Shown here piece by piece: positions 24,101-35,362 of a stretch of DNA of 64,000 bases. The translations under genes were made by a program, and so were the position numbers. The notes under the pieces are model-generated. The model saw nothing but the letters and a program-made list of their open reading frames with translations, did not search any database and was not told where the DNA came from. The stretch's first letter is position 1, and every line of letters starts with the position of its first letter. The DNA is from Amoebophrya sp. A120 (taxonomy: Eukaryota > Protista > Dinoflagellata): contig CAJINV010000012.1 in assembly GCA_905178155.1 (NCBI GenBank), positions 1,306,492 to 1,370,491 of the forward strand, given 5' to 3'.

Positions 24101-27100
24101 CCTCCACTCTGGCTCGCCCCCAACCGTTCGATATGCAATACCAACCGTTCATATCAAATGTAAAAGTGTCTGGGTCTGGAAGCGTCGTGCTGCTTCTGCA
24201 TGACACAGAAGGTCTGGCATGGAAGCTCTAGCATCACAGGGTTCGAGAAGCTTCCGCAATGCCGAACCCGCATGACAAATCCCCCATTTTGGTGACAGAA
24301 ATTGAGCAGCTCTTGCTACCTATGCATGAGAGATTTTTGTGTGTTCCGAAATGCGCATCACAGGTTACATCCTTCCAGACCCAGACCCTTTTGCATTTGA
24401 TAGTTCACACAGTTGCGCAAACTGGCTGTCAGACTCCCGGTACTGGCCACACTTGTTAAACGCCCGGAGTAATCACACAAAAAAAAGCCGGCAGGTGATA
24501 TTTGTAATGCAAAAACACATAGGCAAAAAAATCTGTATAGCGCATCCTAAACAGCATGCTATGGGGCCGCCCACGATAGATTCTTCTACGTATCTACTTT
24601 TGCATTACATACAAATTTGCCCTGCCTGCTTTTTTCTCTGGGATAGGAGCAATACCGCAAGCAGCCAGTCGGTTTCAATGAAAGACGAACTGCTGCTCCT
24701 GCTGGTACAACTACTACTAGCCGGGAATATCCATTTCAAATCGCTCGCGTCGGCCGGGAAATGCTTGCTCCCGGTGGCGAGTTTCAGCAAAGACAGCTCC
24801 ACGTGCTCCGCACATTCCTGCGCCGCCGTTTTCAAGATCATGCAAGAACTAGTACCCTGCATCGAAGTTGTAGAATATGGTCCTCCTGCTGTAGTACCTT
24901 TTACCCCGCTACTGCCTCGCTTGTTACAACCGTGGGGGTTGTTTATCTTCTTGTTAATACCGTCATAATTCTTGTTCCCTCCCACCATCTGCACACCGAC
25001 GGCGTGCAGCTGCTCGAGGGTGATTTTCAGACTGCTCTCCAGTCGCAAATTTTGGCGCGCGCCGCCGGGGGGTGGGGAAGTCGATGTCGAATTTGTTGAA
25101 ACATTATCGTCGTAGTTCTCCCCGTACCAGTAGCACGCAGCGAGTAAGGTCCAGCAGGTCAAGTTTTCACTGGTCTTGAACATGTGAATCTGCTTCAGTT
25201 TCCCGGCCAGGAGACAGTAAATGTCCCACAGCTTTTCCGGCATCTCGGTTTCCGCGGACAGCTGGGTCCAGTGGTTTACCTTTATTTTGGGTGGTATAGT
25301 GATGTGTGGTTCTTTATTCAGGAGAACCTGCACTATAGCTACATCCTCGGCTCGGCACTAAAGATTCTAAGTACTCTGCGTCTACTTCACACATGTTCTT
25401 ACAACGCACGGAACAAGCAAAACCTCGCCAACAGACGCAGAACAAGCATCTTTTTTATCGGAAAAAAATTTAATTATGGCTCGGTACCTGATCCGCCATG
25501 TATTTCCGGTCCACCCGGCCGGCTCCCTCCTCCCCGGGCGCCAGCGCCTATCACACGAAAAACGTGTTACAGTTACATATTTGTTGCCAATTTAGCATCA
25601 CAAATTTCTCTGCATGAGACGAGAGAAAACTTGCATTGCAGAAATCATACGGGGAAACACGCAGGAAACAAAGCTTCTATGCATATCCAGCATGACAGAG
25701 CTTGTCTGTCTTGCTATGCCTGCAACGCAACGTGTAACTGTAACACTTTTTTCTTGCGATAGCGCCGTGATGATCTGCAGTAGCCGCTCGAATTCAAGTC
25801 CCTGCTGCTCCTCGGCAACAAGCAGAACCGTGCAGGCCTGCTGCAAGTCGTTCGCGAGTAGGCAATAGAAGACCTTCGTCAGCACCTGGGTCTGCTCTTC
25901 CTCGTGCGTTAACACGCGGAGGTTGGAGGACATTGTCGCCGTTGCATGATTCGAAGTTTTCGTCATGCGGAAGTTCTTATCGTACTCCTCAAACTCTTTC
26001 AGCACTTTCTGCGAGAGCCACTGTGCGAAATTCCCGGTTTCGAGTGCGAGGAGAAGCTGGAAAATGTTTTTCGCGTACAGAAAACGGTCCAGCAGCTCTT
26101 CGGTCATTGCGTCATGGAGGGACGATGAAATAATTCTACTCCCTGAGTTGTCAACACCGGGCTCCTCCATATTACCAGAGGTCGTCGCGAAAGGGTAGTT
26201 GGGATTTTGACCACCACCGGCACCACCCGATGCTGCACCTCTATCGTACGGAAAAATCCCCCCTCCCCATATCGAAAACGAAATTTGTGATGCTCTATTT
26301 GAGCGAACAAATCGACGTGTAATGCTAGAAGGCCAAGAGACGCAGCTGTGGCCTCGTTTACAGGCAATTTGTCATGCTGTTTCCCACTTCCAGCTGCCCC
26401 CTGTCATGCTGAAGATGCAAGGCTTTTCCACGCCAACCACCACTACAGTCCGCATCTTTTCCCTTCTAGCATGACAAAGCTGATTTGTGGCCACAAATCT
26501 GCATCACAAATTTCTAGTTTGAGTATGGGGTGGGGGGATTTTTCATTTTGATAACCTCTCGAAGATGTCAACACGACGCGCTGGCACTCGTGATCCAGAT
26601 ACTGGCAGTACTCCTGCAAAAACGCGACGGGAGCGTTGCTCGCGCCATCCAACTTCAAACAGGTCGTGGAGATTTGTCCTTGCTGTCGTGAAGATCCACT
26701 ACGATGAGAACCAGGTCCCGCAGCCCCAGCCATCAAAATGCCGGAAAATAACGACGACGAAGACGACGTCGTCACACTCGCAGTAGCGGGATCCGGAACG
26801 CAGTACTTCTCCAATATTTTCATGGTTTCTTGGAAATGCGTCAGCGTCTTTCGCAGCACATAAGTACTTGTCGCAGGGGAGGAGGAAGAGGATGCCGAAG
26901 CAGCAGCCGGTCCAGCTCGTGCTTCTCGGAGTTCTTGTCCGCCTCCAGAAGTACGACCCTCGGTTTCTTGCTGGAAGGTCTTATTACCGGATAGCGCGTT
27001 CACTTCTACCCCGCCCGCAGAACTACTGTCCCGTGGTCGTCCCATATTCATTGTCGTGGTCTCGAGCATATCAAATGCAAAAATGTCTGGGTCTGGAAGA

Positions 27101-29190
27101 TTGCGAGATTTGTCATGCTGATCTGGCATGGCCCTTAAATCTGTATTGCGTGGGGCCATCGAAACAGCCTTTCTCGCCTGTCATGCAACAACGCAGTTTC
27201 TCATGCGGAATACGCAGCACAGAAGCACGAAGCAACTTGTCATGCTTGGCGGCGCATTACAGTGCATTTGTTATTGACTGACTTGCATCGCAAGTTTCCA
27301 GACCCAGACATTTTTGCACTTGATAGAGCACTACAGGTTGCTCCCCCGCGTGCCCAACCACCTGGCGCACCACGGTCTCGCAGACGTATGGATTGCAAAT
27401 ATGTCTGGGTCTGAAAGGTTGCAACTTGTGATGCTGTGTTTGGATTCCAAAAAAAACTTGTATTGCATGACCAGCAACAGGTCGTGTCCAGTTCTTGCTA
27501 CGTGGAGAGGGCATTTCTCATGCGGAATAGGCATCAGGAATCCCTCTAAAAGTCTGTGATGCAGCTATATCGTGCATTACAGGCATTCTGGGTCATCCAA
27601 AATATGCATGACAAACCTGGCAATTTTCCAGACCCAGACATTTTATACATTTCATAAGGCGGCATCGACCGCGACCTTGAAGCTGCTCCCGTTGGTCGTG
27701 TCCCGGATGAAAGGCATGCGGAAAAAATTGTTCGCCTGATCTGGTGCTTCCTGCGTTTGAAAACCGGTAGTGGTGTACCTGTTTTTTTTTTTGATACCAC
27801 GACCATGAATGATCATAATAACAGTGACCGCTGAAATCACTGTTGTATTTCCATCGTGCACTGTGATAGTAATTGTTGTGATGCTATACTATGAGGCAAA
27901 AATAAACAAGTACTTACATCCCGCTTGTATGTTCAAGCGCAAAAACTACATGCTGGTCGAAACTACTTCTTCTACACAACTTGTCTACAACTACCCGCGC
28001 ATCTCGGAATTCTTGGTATTCGGGACGGTCAGTGTATTCGTCCTGTGGCCCCCGCTGCTTGTTTTTCTTGCCCCCTCACCGCCTCCCGTACCATCACCCC
28101 CTCCGCCCACGTCGAGATAGGTCCATTTGCGAAATTTATCGGCCTTTCGCACTGACGAATTCTCATAATTGTTGGTGCCCAGAAAGTGGAAAAACTTCTT
28201 GCCCATTTGCTGTGCTCGTTGTTCAGGATCATGGGCGGCTAGAGGAGGATTGTTCTGATTCATCTTCTGAGGCCTGTGGGATGATCCGGTAGTAGCACCG
28301 TAATTCGCCGTAGCAAACCCGTTATAAAATGCAAAAGTGTCTGGGTCTGGAAGAATGCGCGCTTTGTCATGCAGCTTTTCCATGACCCATGAGGTCTGGA
28401 ATGCAGGACCTAGCATGACAGATTCTGTGCGACCTCTCTCATGCCTATCCTGCATGAGAAACTCCCTTGCGACTTGGTCAAAACTGGACGACTTTGGGTA
28501 ATCATGCAACACAGGTTTTTGCATGCTCCAGATCTAGCATGACAAGTTGCATTCTTCCAGACCCAGACATTTTTACATTTGATACCCGTGCAATTTCTCC
28601 TGCATCAGATCATGCACTGCGTACGCCCGCCAGTGCTTCGGGTCACGTGGCACCCCGTCTCTGTTTACAACTGGTATGTGCCTGGTGTTCTCGTGATTTA
28701 TTGTTTCTTGTCCTGCTCTAGTCGTTGCGCCATTTGTATTTGTTGGACGACCCCTATAGGAATTGCTCTGCCCACCTACCGTGGTCCCCCCGCTGCCCGT
28801 CCCGGTCATAGTAGTCTTCTGGTATTTCATTCTGGGCCCCTGGGCGAGGGGGACCTGATTCATCGTTTGGCCCCCGGGCAAAAATCCATCTTGCCCGTGA
28901 TTTCTTTGTGGCGGTGACGGGAGTTGCGTGGGAGGCGCCGCCACTTGTCTGTTCGATTGAACATCTTTTCCGCCAGTACGGGAGTTCGGGTTGAAGCGAA
29001 AGGTCGGACGGGCAGCGGTTCCCGTTGCGGCTGTCTGTTTGGCATGGCCGGGGTTCTGCGGAAGTTGCGAAAATGACCCGGTACTATTTGTTCCATTATG
29101 CTGCAGATTCCTCGTCGGCGCAAATTCCTCATCCCACTGCGCAGCAGAAATCCCAAACGTGAAACCCGTTTTGGGAGGTACGCCCGCCAT
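21110..29190 (-). CDS. Nup96-like nucleoporin (Y-complex scaffold), divergent
   Basis: Continuous frame across 11 elements and GT-AG introns. Segment FAQWL...VFYCLLANDLQQACTVLL..FERLLQII..RKYMADQV..WDIYCLLAG..LTCWTLLAACYWY resembles the Nup96 domain (AC..A..RLA.LL..M..QL..W..Y.LLAG..LDW...GL.LWY). An upstream SSFKV motif is also present. Confidence 0.55.
21631..21801. mobile_element. Introner, family C (TIR TATCCCACAGAAAAAAGC.GGCAGG.CA.ATTTGTAATGCAAAA)
   Basis: TSD GGCGT. Confidence 0.9.
21901..22220. mobile_element. Introner, family B
   Basis: TSD CGCCT/CGCTT. Confidence 0.9.
22527..22676. mobile_element. Introner, family E
   Basis: TSD CTGCA; join reads VLSAAERDK. Confidence 0.85.
23559..23878. 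mobile_element. Introner, family B
   Basis: TSD ATTCG. Confidence 0.9.
24152..24402. mobile_element. Introner, family A
   Basis: TSD GTTCA; close sibling of 41191-41442. Confidence 0.9.
24471..24645. mobile_element. Introner, family C
   Basis: TSD GGAGT/GGAGC; the sense-3' terminal TA is mutated. Confidence 0.85.
25549..25761. mobile_element. Introner, family F (TIR TATCACACGAAAAA.GTGTTACAGTTACA)
   Basis: TSD GCGCC. Confidence 0.9.
26242..26553. mobile_element. Introner, family B
   Basis: TSD ACCTC; reverse orientation relative to 12408 and 23559. Confidence 0.9.
27069..27325. mobile_element. Introner, family A
   Basis: TSD GAGCA. Confidence 0.9.
27387..27656. mobile_element. Introner, family A
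   Basis: TSD AGACG/AGGCG. Confidence 0.85.
28323..28584. mobile_element. Introner, family A
   Basis: TSD CCCGT. Confidence 0.9.
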
Positions 29191-30104
29191 CTTGTCGCTA
29201 GGCCTTCGGAATTTTTGTAAAAGTGGTATTATTTGTATTCTATTCTGTCGCTACTACTTACTCAAGACTTCGCGGGGGAGGTAATTGGCAGTGGCAGACT
29301 AGAGGGATTATAACATCGTACTGCCCGTGGTGAACGACCTACCAAATGGACACATGAGCGTCAAGAAGCTATGCTATTTTCATCTTTTGTCGCTGTTTCG
29401 TACTTACTACGAGAGAACCGTTGTGGCGGGTAAATGCGAGAAAAGTGGTTGATTGAGCTGATACAAACCGTGAGAACAATGAGAACCAAAGCTGAAATCA
29501 AAATCATCGACTTCCTAGGAGCGCAATCGATAAGGTGGATCAGAAGTCAGCAAATTTACACACATCCACAGACTCGTAGGACTAGCATACTTACTATAGG
29601 CGGGCCGCGGGCAGCTTTCGCTTTGACGCCTGCACGACAAACTCATCACTTTATTTCATTCAAAATTTCCAAATGGTGAATAAGTAAAAGGGATGAAGAT
29701 CTCTGACATCGTCTTACGACAGATAGATACCAGGTGAACAGCAAATGGGCCAGCAAGCGCGCTATCCAAAAACTAGAACCGGGAATAACTACGTGCAAGA
29801 TCATGAACAGCGATAACATCAAATTCAGAGATGGGAACCAGTGAACAAGCACAAAAGCACCGCGCTCGGCACCAGCACGATGGCCGGAGAAATAAGAGGA
29901 CCCGCCAAAAATCCGCCAAAATTCTTGTACCAGTTCATCGATTCAATCAAATTTTGTTCCACCTCCAAACAAGTTATCATACTGTTTCTTCTTGTTCGCG
30001 GTCTTCAAAGAGTGATCTCATCTCCAGAAAGCCCGAAACACGCCCTCGGTTCATTTTTTCAGCAGTAATTACAGAAATAATTCAGCAAACTTCTCTACTC
30101 CATC

Positions 30105-31995
30105 TCATTTTTTCGCGTCCGCGTAGAGGGTTTCGATGTGCTTGTCCACAAAGGTAGTGATCTTGAGAGGAAAAATCCCCCCACCCCATATCGAACAGGT
30201 ATGCTTCCGAAAATTTGCGTTGCTGATTTGAGGCCACAGATAGCGTCTGTCTTGCAAGAGGACAAGCGCAGAGGCTTCCCCGCCATTATGGAACCGATTT
30301 AGCATGCTGCTGGGACTAGGGGCCAGCCGTTTGTAATGCGAAACAACTAGGCCCAAACCCCCCAACCTAGGCTGAGGATCTGGCTGCGGTGCCGTATTGC
30401 AAGACAGCGCGCATTTGTGTACGGAAATCCAGCATCAGAAACTTCGTCTCGATATGGGGAGGGGGGATTTTTTCTCACAGTAAGTGAGCTTCGCGACGTA
30501 GTCCTCGTAATAAATCCGGTTCGTGTTGTTTCCTGAGAAAAAAGTGCTACCGTTACACACTCAGTTGCAGGCCAGGCAAGACAGACGAGCTCTGTCATGC
30601 CGGAAATGCATAGAAACCTCCTTTCACAGGTGTTTGTTTCCCCGTAGGATTTCCGCATGGCAAGTTTTCTCTCTCAGGTAGACAAATTTGTGTTGCTCAA
30701 TTGACTACAAATGTGTAACTGTAACACTTTTTTCGTGGGATATGTTGTTTGGGTCCCGGTCTTTTGCATACTCGTAAAACTCTGCCCACTCCTTTTCTCG
30801 AAACCCAACGGCGCCGGACCTCCATCCAAAGTAAAAACAACCCCACCCCGTAGTCAAGATGGGGAGTGATGATCCGAAACACAAAGTTACAAGCTTTGGC
30901 TGTCGTGCATGACAAGTTAGGGCTCGTAGGGGGTAGTCCTGCTTAGATAGTGCAACCGCATCACAAGTCCACTACCTCATCCTGATTCGAGCATGACAAA
31001 AACCAATCCCAATAAAACAGCATCAGAAAACGCTCCTCGTGGGGCTGCGCATAAGAAACATTTTAGACATGACAACTTGCATGACAACTCTGGAGTGGAA
31101 AGGTTTTTACTTGGCATAACCCCAGGTACTCTTTCATCTTGTCCACCTCGATGTACCCTTTTCCGTCTGGGTCCAAGACCTGGAGTTGTGTTCACACAGC
31201 ATTTCAAAATTCTGCTCCGCAAATTTCCCATGCGGAGGCAGCATAGCTGTTGCTCATTGTCATGCAAATGACGCATAAAACCGATTCTAGTACTTGTCTA
31301 TACCTTGAAAGCCGCGAGGAGTGTCTCGCTGTCGTCTGGATCGTATTCCCTTTCCATCAAACACCGGAGCATCAGCGCTATGGAAAAGAAGTAAATGCTG
31401 AGCCGCAACAAGTGGTCTCATGCAATGCGATACGCTGCTGGACCACGATCAAGTAGTACATCAGCATGGTGCAAGTTACTACGCGGATCTTCAGAAACAG
31501 AAATGCGACTTGAATAATATTGTCCGAAAGCGAGCCACAAGTTGTTCTGTCGATAAAGTGAAAGGTGCTAGTACAAGATAAACCACTCGACTCAGCAGTA
31601 CCTTGCTCGCATAATCTTCTCGAAAGCGTCATAGCTCACGACGTTAGACGGGTCGTCGTCCTGTGTATTTTACATTGTTTTTTCGGCACGGAAGATGTTC
31701 TGAATGAAATTCGTCTTGTCATGCAAAAAATCAAGTCACGAATCAATCTTCTCTGGTTTACCTCCATAAATCTCGCATGACAAACGAAGTCTTTTGAAAA
31801 CAACAAAAATGTAGGCACTACCTGTATCTCCCGCAAGATAACCTCAACCACGTCCTGTTCTGACGGGAACTGCCCCAAATATCGCATAATCGTAGCGACT
31901 TCCTCCTGTGTGACCGTGGCATTGCCTAATTTGTCGAAAAACCCAAAAGCCTCTCGAATCACCTTCCGGAGGGATTCCAGACGAGCTTGCGACAT
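30105..31995 (-). CDS. DRC8: Dynein regulatory complex subunit 8 / EF-hand calcium-binding domain protein 2
   Basis: IREAFGFFDKLGNATVTQEEVATIMRYLGQFPSEQDV..VSYDAFEK.MLRCLMEREYDPDDSETLLAAFKVLDPDGKGYIEVDKMKEYLGSGAVGFREKEW..NRIYYEDYVAKL. Calmodulin-like fold with DRC8-typical spacing; 4 elements and 2 GT-AG introns. Confidence 0.75.
30161..30482. mobile_element. Introner, family B
   Basis: TSD AGTGA; the sense-3' terminal TA is mutated. Confidence 0.85.
30529..30742. mobile_element. Introner, family F
   Basis: TSD TGTTG; the sense-3' terminal TA is mutated; join reads PNNTNRIYYEDY. Confidence 0.85.
30823..31118. mobile_element. Introner, family G (TIR core AAAAACG.CCCCACCCC)
   Basis: TSD ACCTC/ACCCC; the sense-3' terminal TA is mutated; join reads YLGSGAVGF. 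Confidence 0.8.
31379..31613. mobile_element. Decayed introner (singleton TIR TATG..GTA.TGCTGAG.CG)
   Basis: TA...TA; TSD diverged (sense AAGAT/GCGCT); in-frame join within DRC8. Confidence 0.7.
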
Positions 31996-32741
31996 GTTGC
32001 GGGTTGGTGTTTCTACTTACTTATTTGCTGAAGAACCAACAAACAGACAGCCTACAACATTGAAACGATCGATGGTTTTTCGGAGGCAATGAATGAACTA
32101 TCGTTGGTAGTTGTTTTTCGGAGGCAATGAATGAACTATGTGTACTTGCCACTACTGCACATTTGGTGGCCGTGTAGTTCTTTTTCCGATATAGCACGAA
32201 AGGACTTCATCTCGAAGAACTACCTGTCGCAAGAACAATGCAACTAGTACGATGCCCTCTACCACTTCCACATTCCCTCTTTCTTCGTCTCAGACGACGA
32301 GATAAACACTCCCCGGGAGGTGAATAGAACGATGAATAGCAACTGCGACGAGATGAAAATGGACGGCGGTGGTTTTGCCGTGTTCATTCGAACCGGTAAA
32401 TATTTCTCTCCATTCCAACGACTCCTCTTCACAACATTTTTCGAGTTGAAATGTGCTAATCTTGCCGACAAAAATGTGCTTACCCCTCATGAGCTAGACG
32501 ACAGAGAGGATGAGCAGCGCAATGGGGCATGGTCTTGCAACTTAGCGAACACCGAAAAAATCGCGGCACAACGAGGTTACAGTAGATGAACTGTTCTCTA
32601 TGCACCACAGAGATGACACGACAGATGGAAGTCGACCCTCATGCTTTTATTGCTCCTTAAACCAACTCTCTAACACCTTGGCACGCATCGCATTTCTTTC
32701 GCTTTCGTCATTGTTGCACGTTTACGCGTAGTAGAGTGACG

Positions 32742-34832
32742 CTAGCTAGAAGTACTTGTCGCACCCCCTCCTCCTCCCCCTTCCGGGGGCAGGGGAAACC
32801 TCGGGCGATAGAGCCACAAGTCCCTTCGCCAATTTTCCGGAAATCGGTAGTTCCAGCCCTTCAGGGTTTTCCCGCACGGAGCGTGCAGCTCGCGGCGTAT
32901 GATGGTTGGACTGACCATTGAAGTTGTACTAGCATCTTCAACTTCACCACCAAGTTTCGCTACTAAAGCCAGGTTGATGTTCTGTGATGATCCTGCTGGG
33001 CGGGCGGGCTCGTCTACTACAACAGGACGCCTCGAAAGCAAATTGTTGTCAAAACAGGTTACCCCGGACACCTTGCCGCAAAAGGGTTGGGTATGCATTG
33101 CCAAAGTACCGCACTCGTAGTAATCGCAACGCAAATTCGCTCAGCAGCTGAAAAGTGGAATTTGTCATGCTGATGTACCTTAGGAACGCGATTTGCAATG
33201 CGTGGCTGCAATTACTACGAGTACGATACTTGTGCACAGGATATTGGATCCGGTACTGCAAATGCTCACAGCGGAAGATTTGATTTTTCCCGTAACTTAT
33301 CAAGTACAAAAATGTTTGGGTCTGGAAGAGTGTAGACTTGTCGCGCAGATTTTCCATGACCCATGAGGTCTGGAATGCGGGACTTAGCATGACAGACTCT
33401 GCGAGGTCTCTGCCATGCCTATTCTGCATGAGAAACTCCGCTCCAACTTGGTCAAAAGTGGAAAGCTTTTGGCACTCATGCAACACAGATTTTTGCATAC
33501 TTCAGATTTACCATGACAAGTCGCAATCTTCCAGACCCAGACATTTTTGCATTTGATATAACTCGTCTTCCACAACCAACACCCAACGCCGAATCCGGGC
33601 AGCATATTGAAAGGGAAAATCCCCCCTCCCCATACTGAAAAAGTACATTTTTGGAAATTTGTGATGCTGATTTGTGGTCACAAATCGTGTCTGTCTTGCA
33701 AGAAGGCAACTGCGGAAGCTCTGCCGCATTGTGCAGACGGTTTGTCATGCTGTTGGGCCTACAGCGCGGACGTTTTTCATGCTAAGTGCTTAAGCCAAGA
33801 CCCTTCTACTCGGGCTTGCTATGGGCCTGCAGTGCTCTCCAGCAAGACAGCTCGGATTTGTGTACACAAATCCAGCATCAGAAATTTCGTTTCGATATGG
33901 GGAGGGGGGATTTTTCTTTTCGATACAGCAGGCTGCATACTTCGAACAAGTTTTTCCGGCTCCAGGCCCGGGAGAAGCAAAATTCCGCGAAAAAAGCAAT
34001 CGTCAGCCCGAAGTGCTTGGGCCAGCGCTTGCGGTGGTCGGACTTGATCAGGTTCACCCAGTTGCGCGTGTGCTTCTGCCACACGTAGAGCAGGGACTTG
34101 TGTACGCCGGGCTTGCGGCACGGTTTGCCGATCTCCGAGTAGAAAATCGGTGGTGTCCCACAGAAAAAAGCAGACAGGGCGTATTTGTATATCGATAGAA
34201 CGAATTCGCAGGAAGATGATCTCTCAAGGGGCTCGCCCCTAGCATGCTGTTCTTTCCCCCGATACGTCGCAATACATAATGTATTCTCGCATTACAAATA
34301 TGCCCTGCCTGCTTTTTTCTGGGGGATAGGCCGACGCTTGTCGCGGTAGTCCTTCCACCACCGACCGGTATGGAAGCGCCAGGAGGTGGGGAATCTACAG
34401 AACGTGAAATGGAAATGAAACAATTTGTGCTGCAAGAAATGCTAGTCGCAAGCAGCCTGGCATCAAATGAGAGGCCAGCGAAGCCGATCGCAAAAAGCCC
34501 CCTCGGGCTGATGTTGAATGGAGCTGTACATCATATAGAGGACGAGGAAACCAGCAGTCGTCCTCGTCTTTCTTCCAGACAGCATGCTGTACCACGATTG
34601 GATTTCATGCATCGCTTGATCCTAAAATTTGTCATGCACCGCCTGGAAAAATAGGCAACTACAGCACCGCTGTCGTCCCTTTTAATATGCATCACGAGTT
34701 GAAAAATCATCCTCCCACATTGTCGATTTTTCCCCAGCACCTGGCGCTCCCATACCCATGACGGCGATCGTATTCTTCAGGGTCGTGGGCGCCGATAGCA
34801 CGAGAGGACGAAGAGGAGGAACTACTGCTCAT
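32742..34832 (-). CDS. Mitochondrial ribosomal protein mS34-like
   Basis: Spliced RKNLFEVCSLLPGFGVGCWLWKTSYGKNQIFRCEHLQYRIQPFCGKVSGVTCFD resembles mS34 (K.LFE....L.NFGVG....K.W......GK.WG). 4 elements removed; 3' end uncertain. Confidence 0.55.
33092..33243. mobile_element. Introner, family E
   Basis: TSD TTGGG/TTGGA. Confidence 0.85.
33298..33558. mobile_element. Introner, family A
   Basis: TSD TAACT. Confidence 0.9.
33605..33925. mobile_element. Introner, family B
   Basis: TSD CAGCA. Confidence 0.9.
34154..34328. mobile_element. Introner, family C
   Basis: TSD GGTGG/GGCCG; the sense-3' terminal TA is mutated; join reads KRRPIFYSE. Confidence 0.8.
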
Positions 34833-35362
34833 GGTTACTACTTTTGTAAGTAGGAACGTAATACTTCCTTCAGGAAGAAATTTCAAAACTGGCACAAATT
34901 CATCTGCCGTGATTGATTCAAAGACGACAGAAATTTCATCGTTTTCAACTCAAGGAAGTGTAAGTAATCGATCTCCTAGATGAGAAGCAATAACTCAGCG
35001 TCTTTTACAATGATGAACACCAGAAGCTCCCGCGTTACAGAAAAACCAGGCGAGCACAGAAAAACAAGGCGACTAGACAGCGCCAGATTTGCTTTCCGTC
35101 ATTCGTTGATGTTCCATCGTGCTCGTTTTATTTTGCAAGAACGTGAGCATCGTATTTGCGGCGCGCAAGCCAACAACTTTTTTCTTGTGTCTCAAGTCGT
35201 CCTAGAAGATCTCAGTCGCTAATGTTCTAGAAGAGATCGTTTTCCCTTAATAATTTCATTTTTTCGTATAAGTTCGGATATGGTTCAATCTCTTTTGGGA
35301 AAGCAAGATTCAGGCTGCACCACCAGCTCCTACTAACTATACTGGACTCCTCGCGGCCTTGC

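Noticed and set aside
32075-32139. 27-bp direct repeat upstream of DRC8 (similar small duplications at ~11720-11765 and ~15830-15860)
   Set aside because: Two-copy local duplications with no recurrence elsewhere; no evidence of function.
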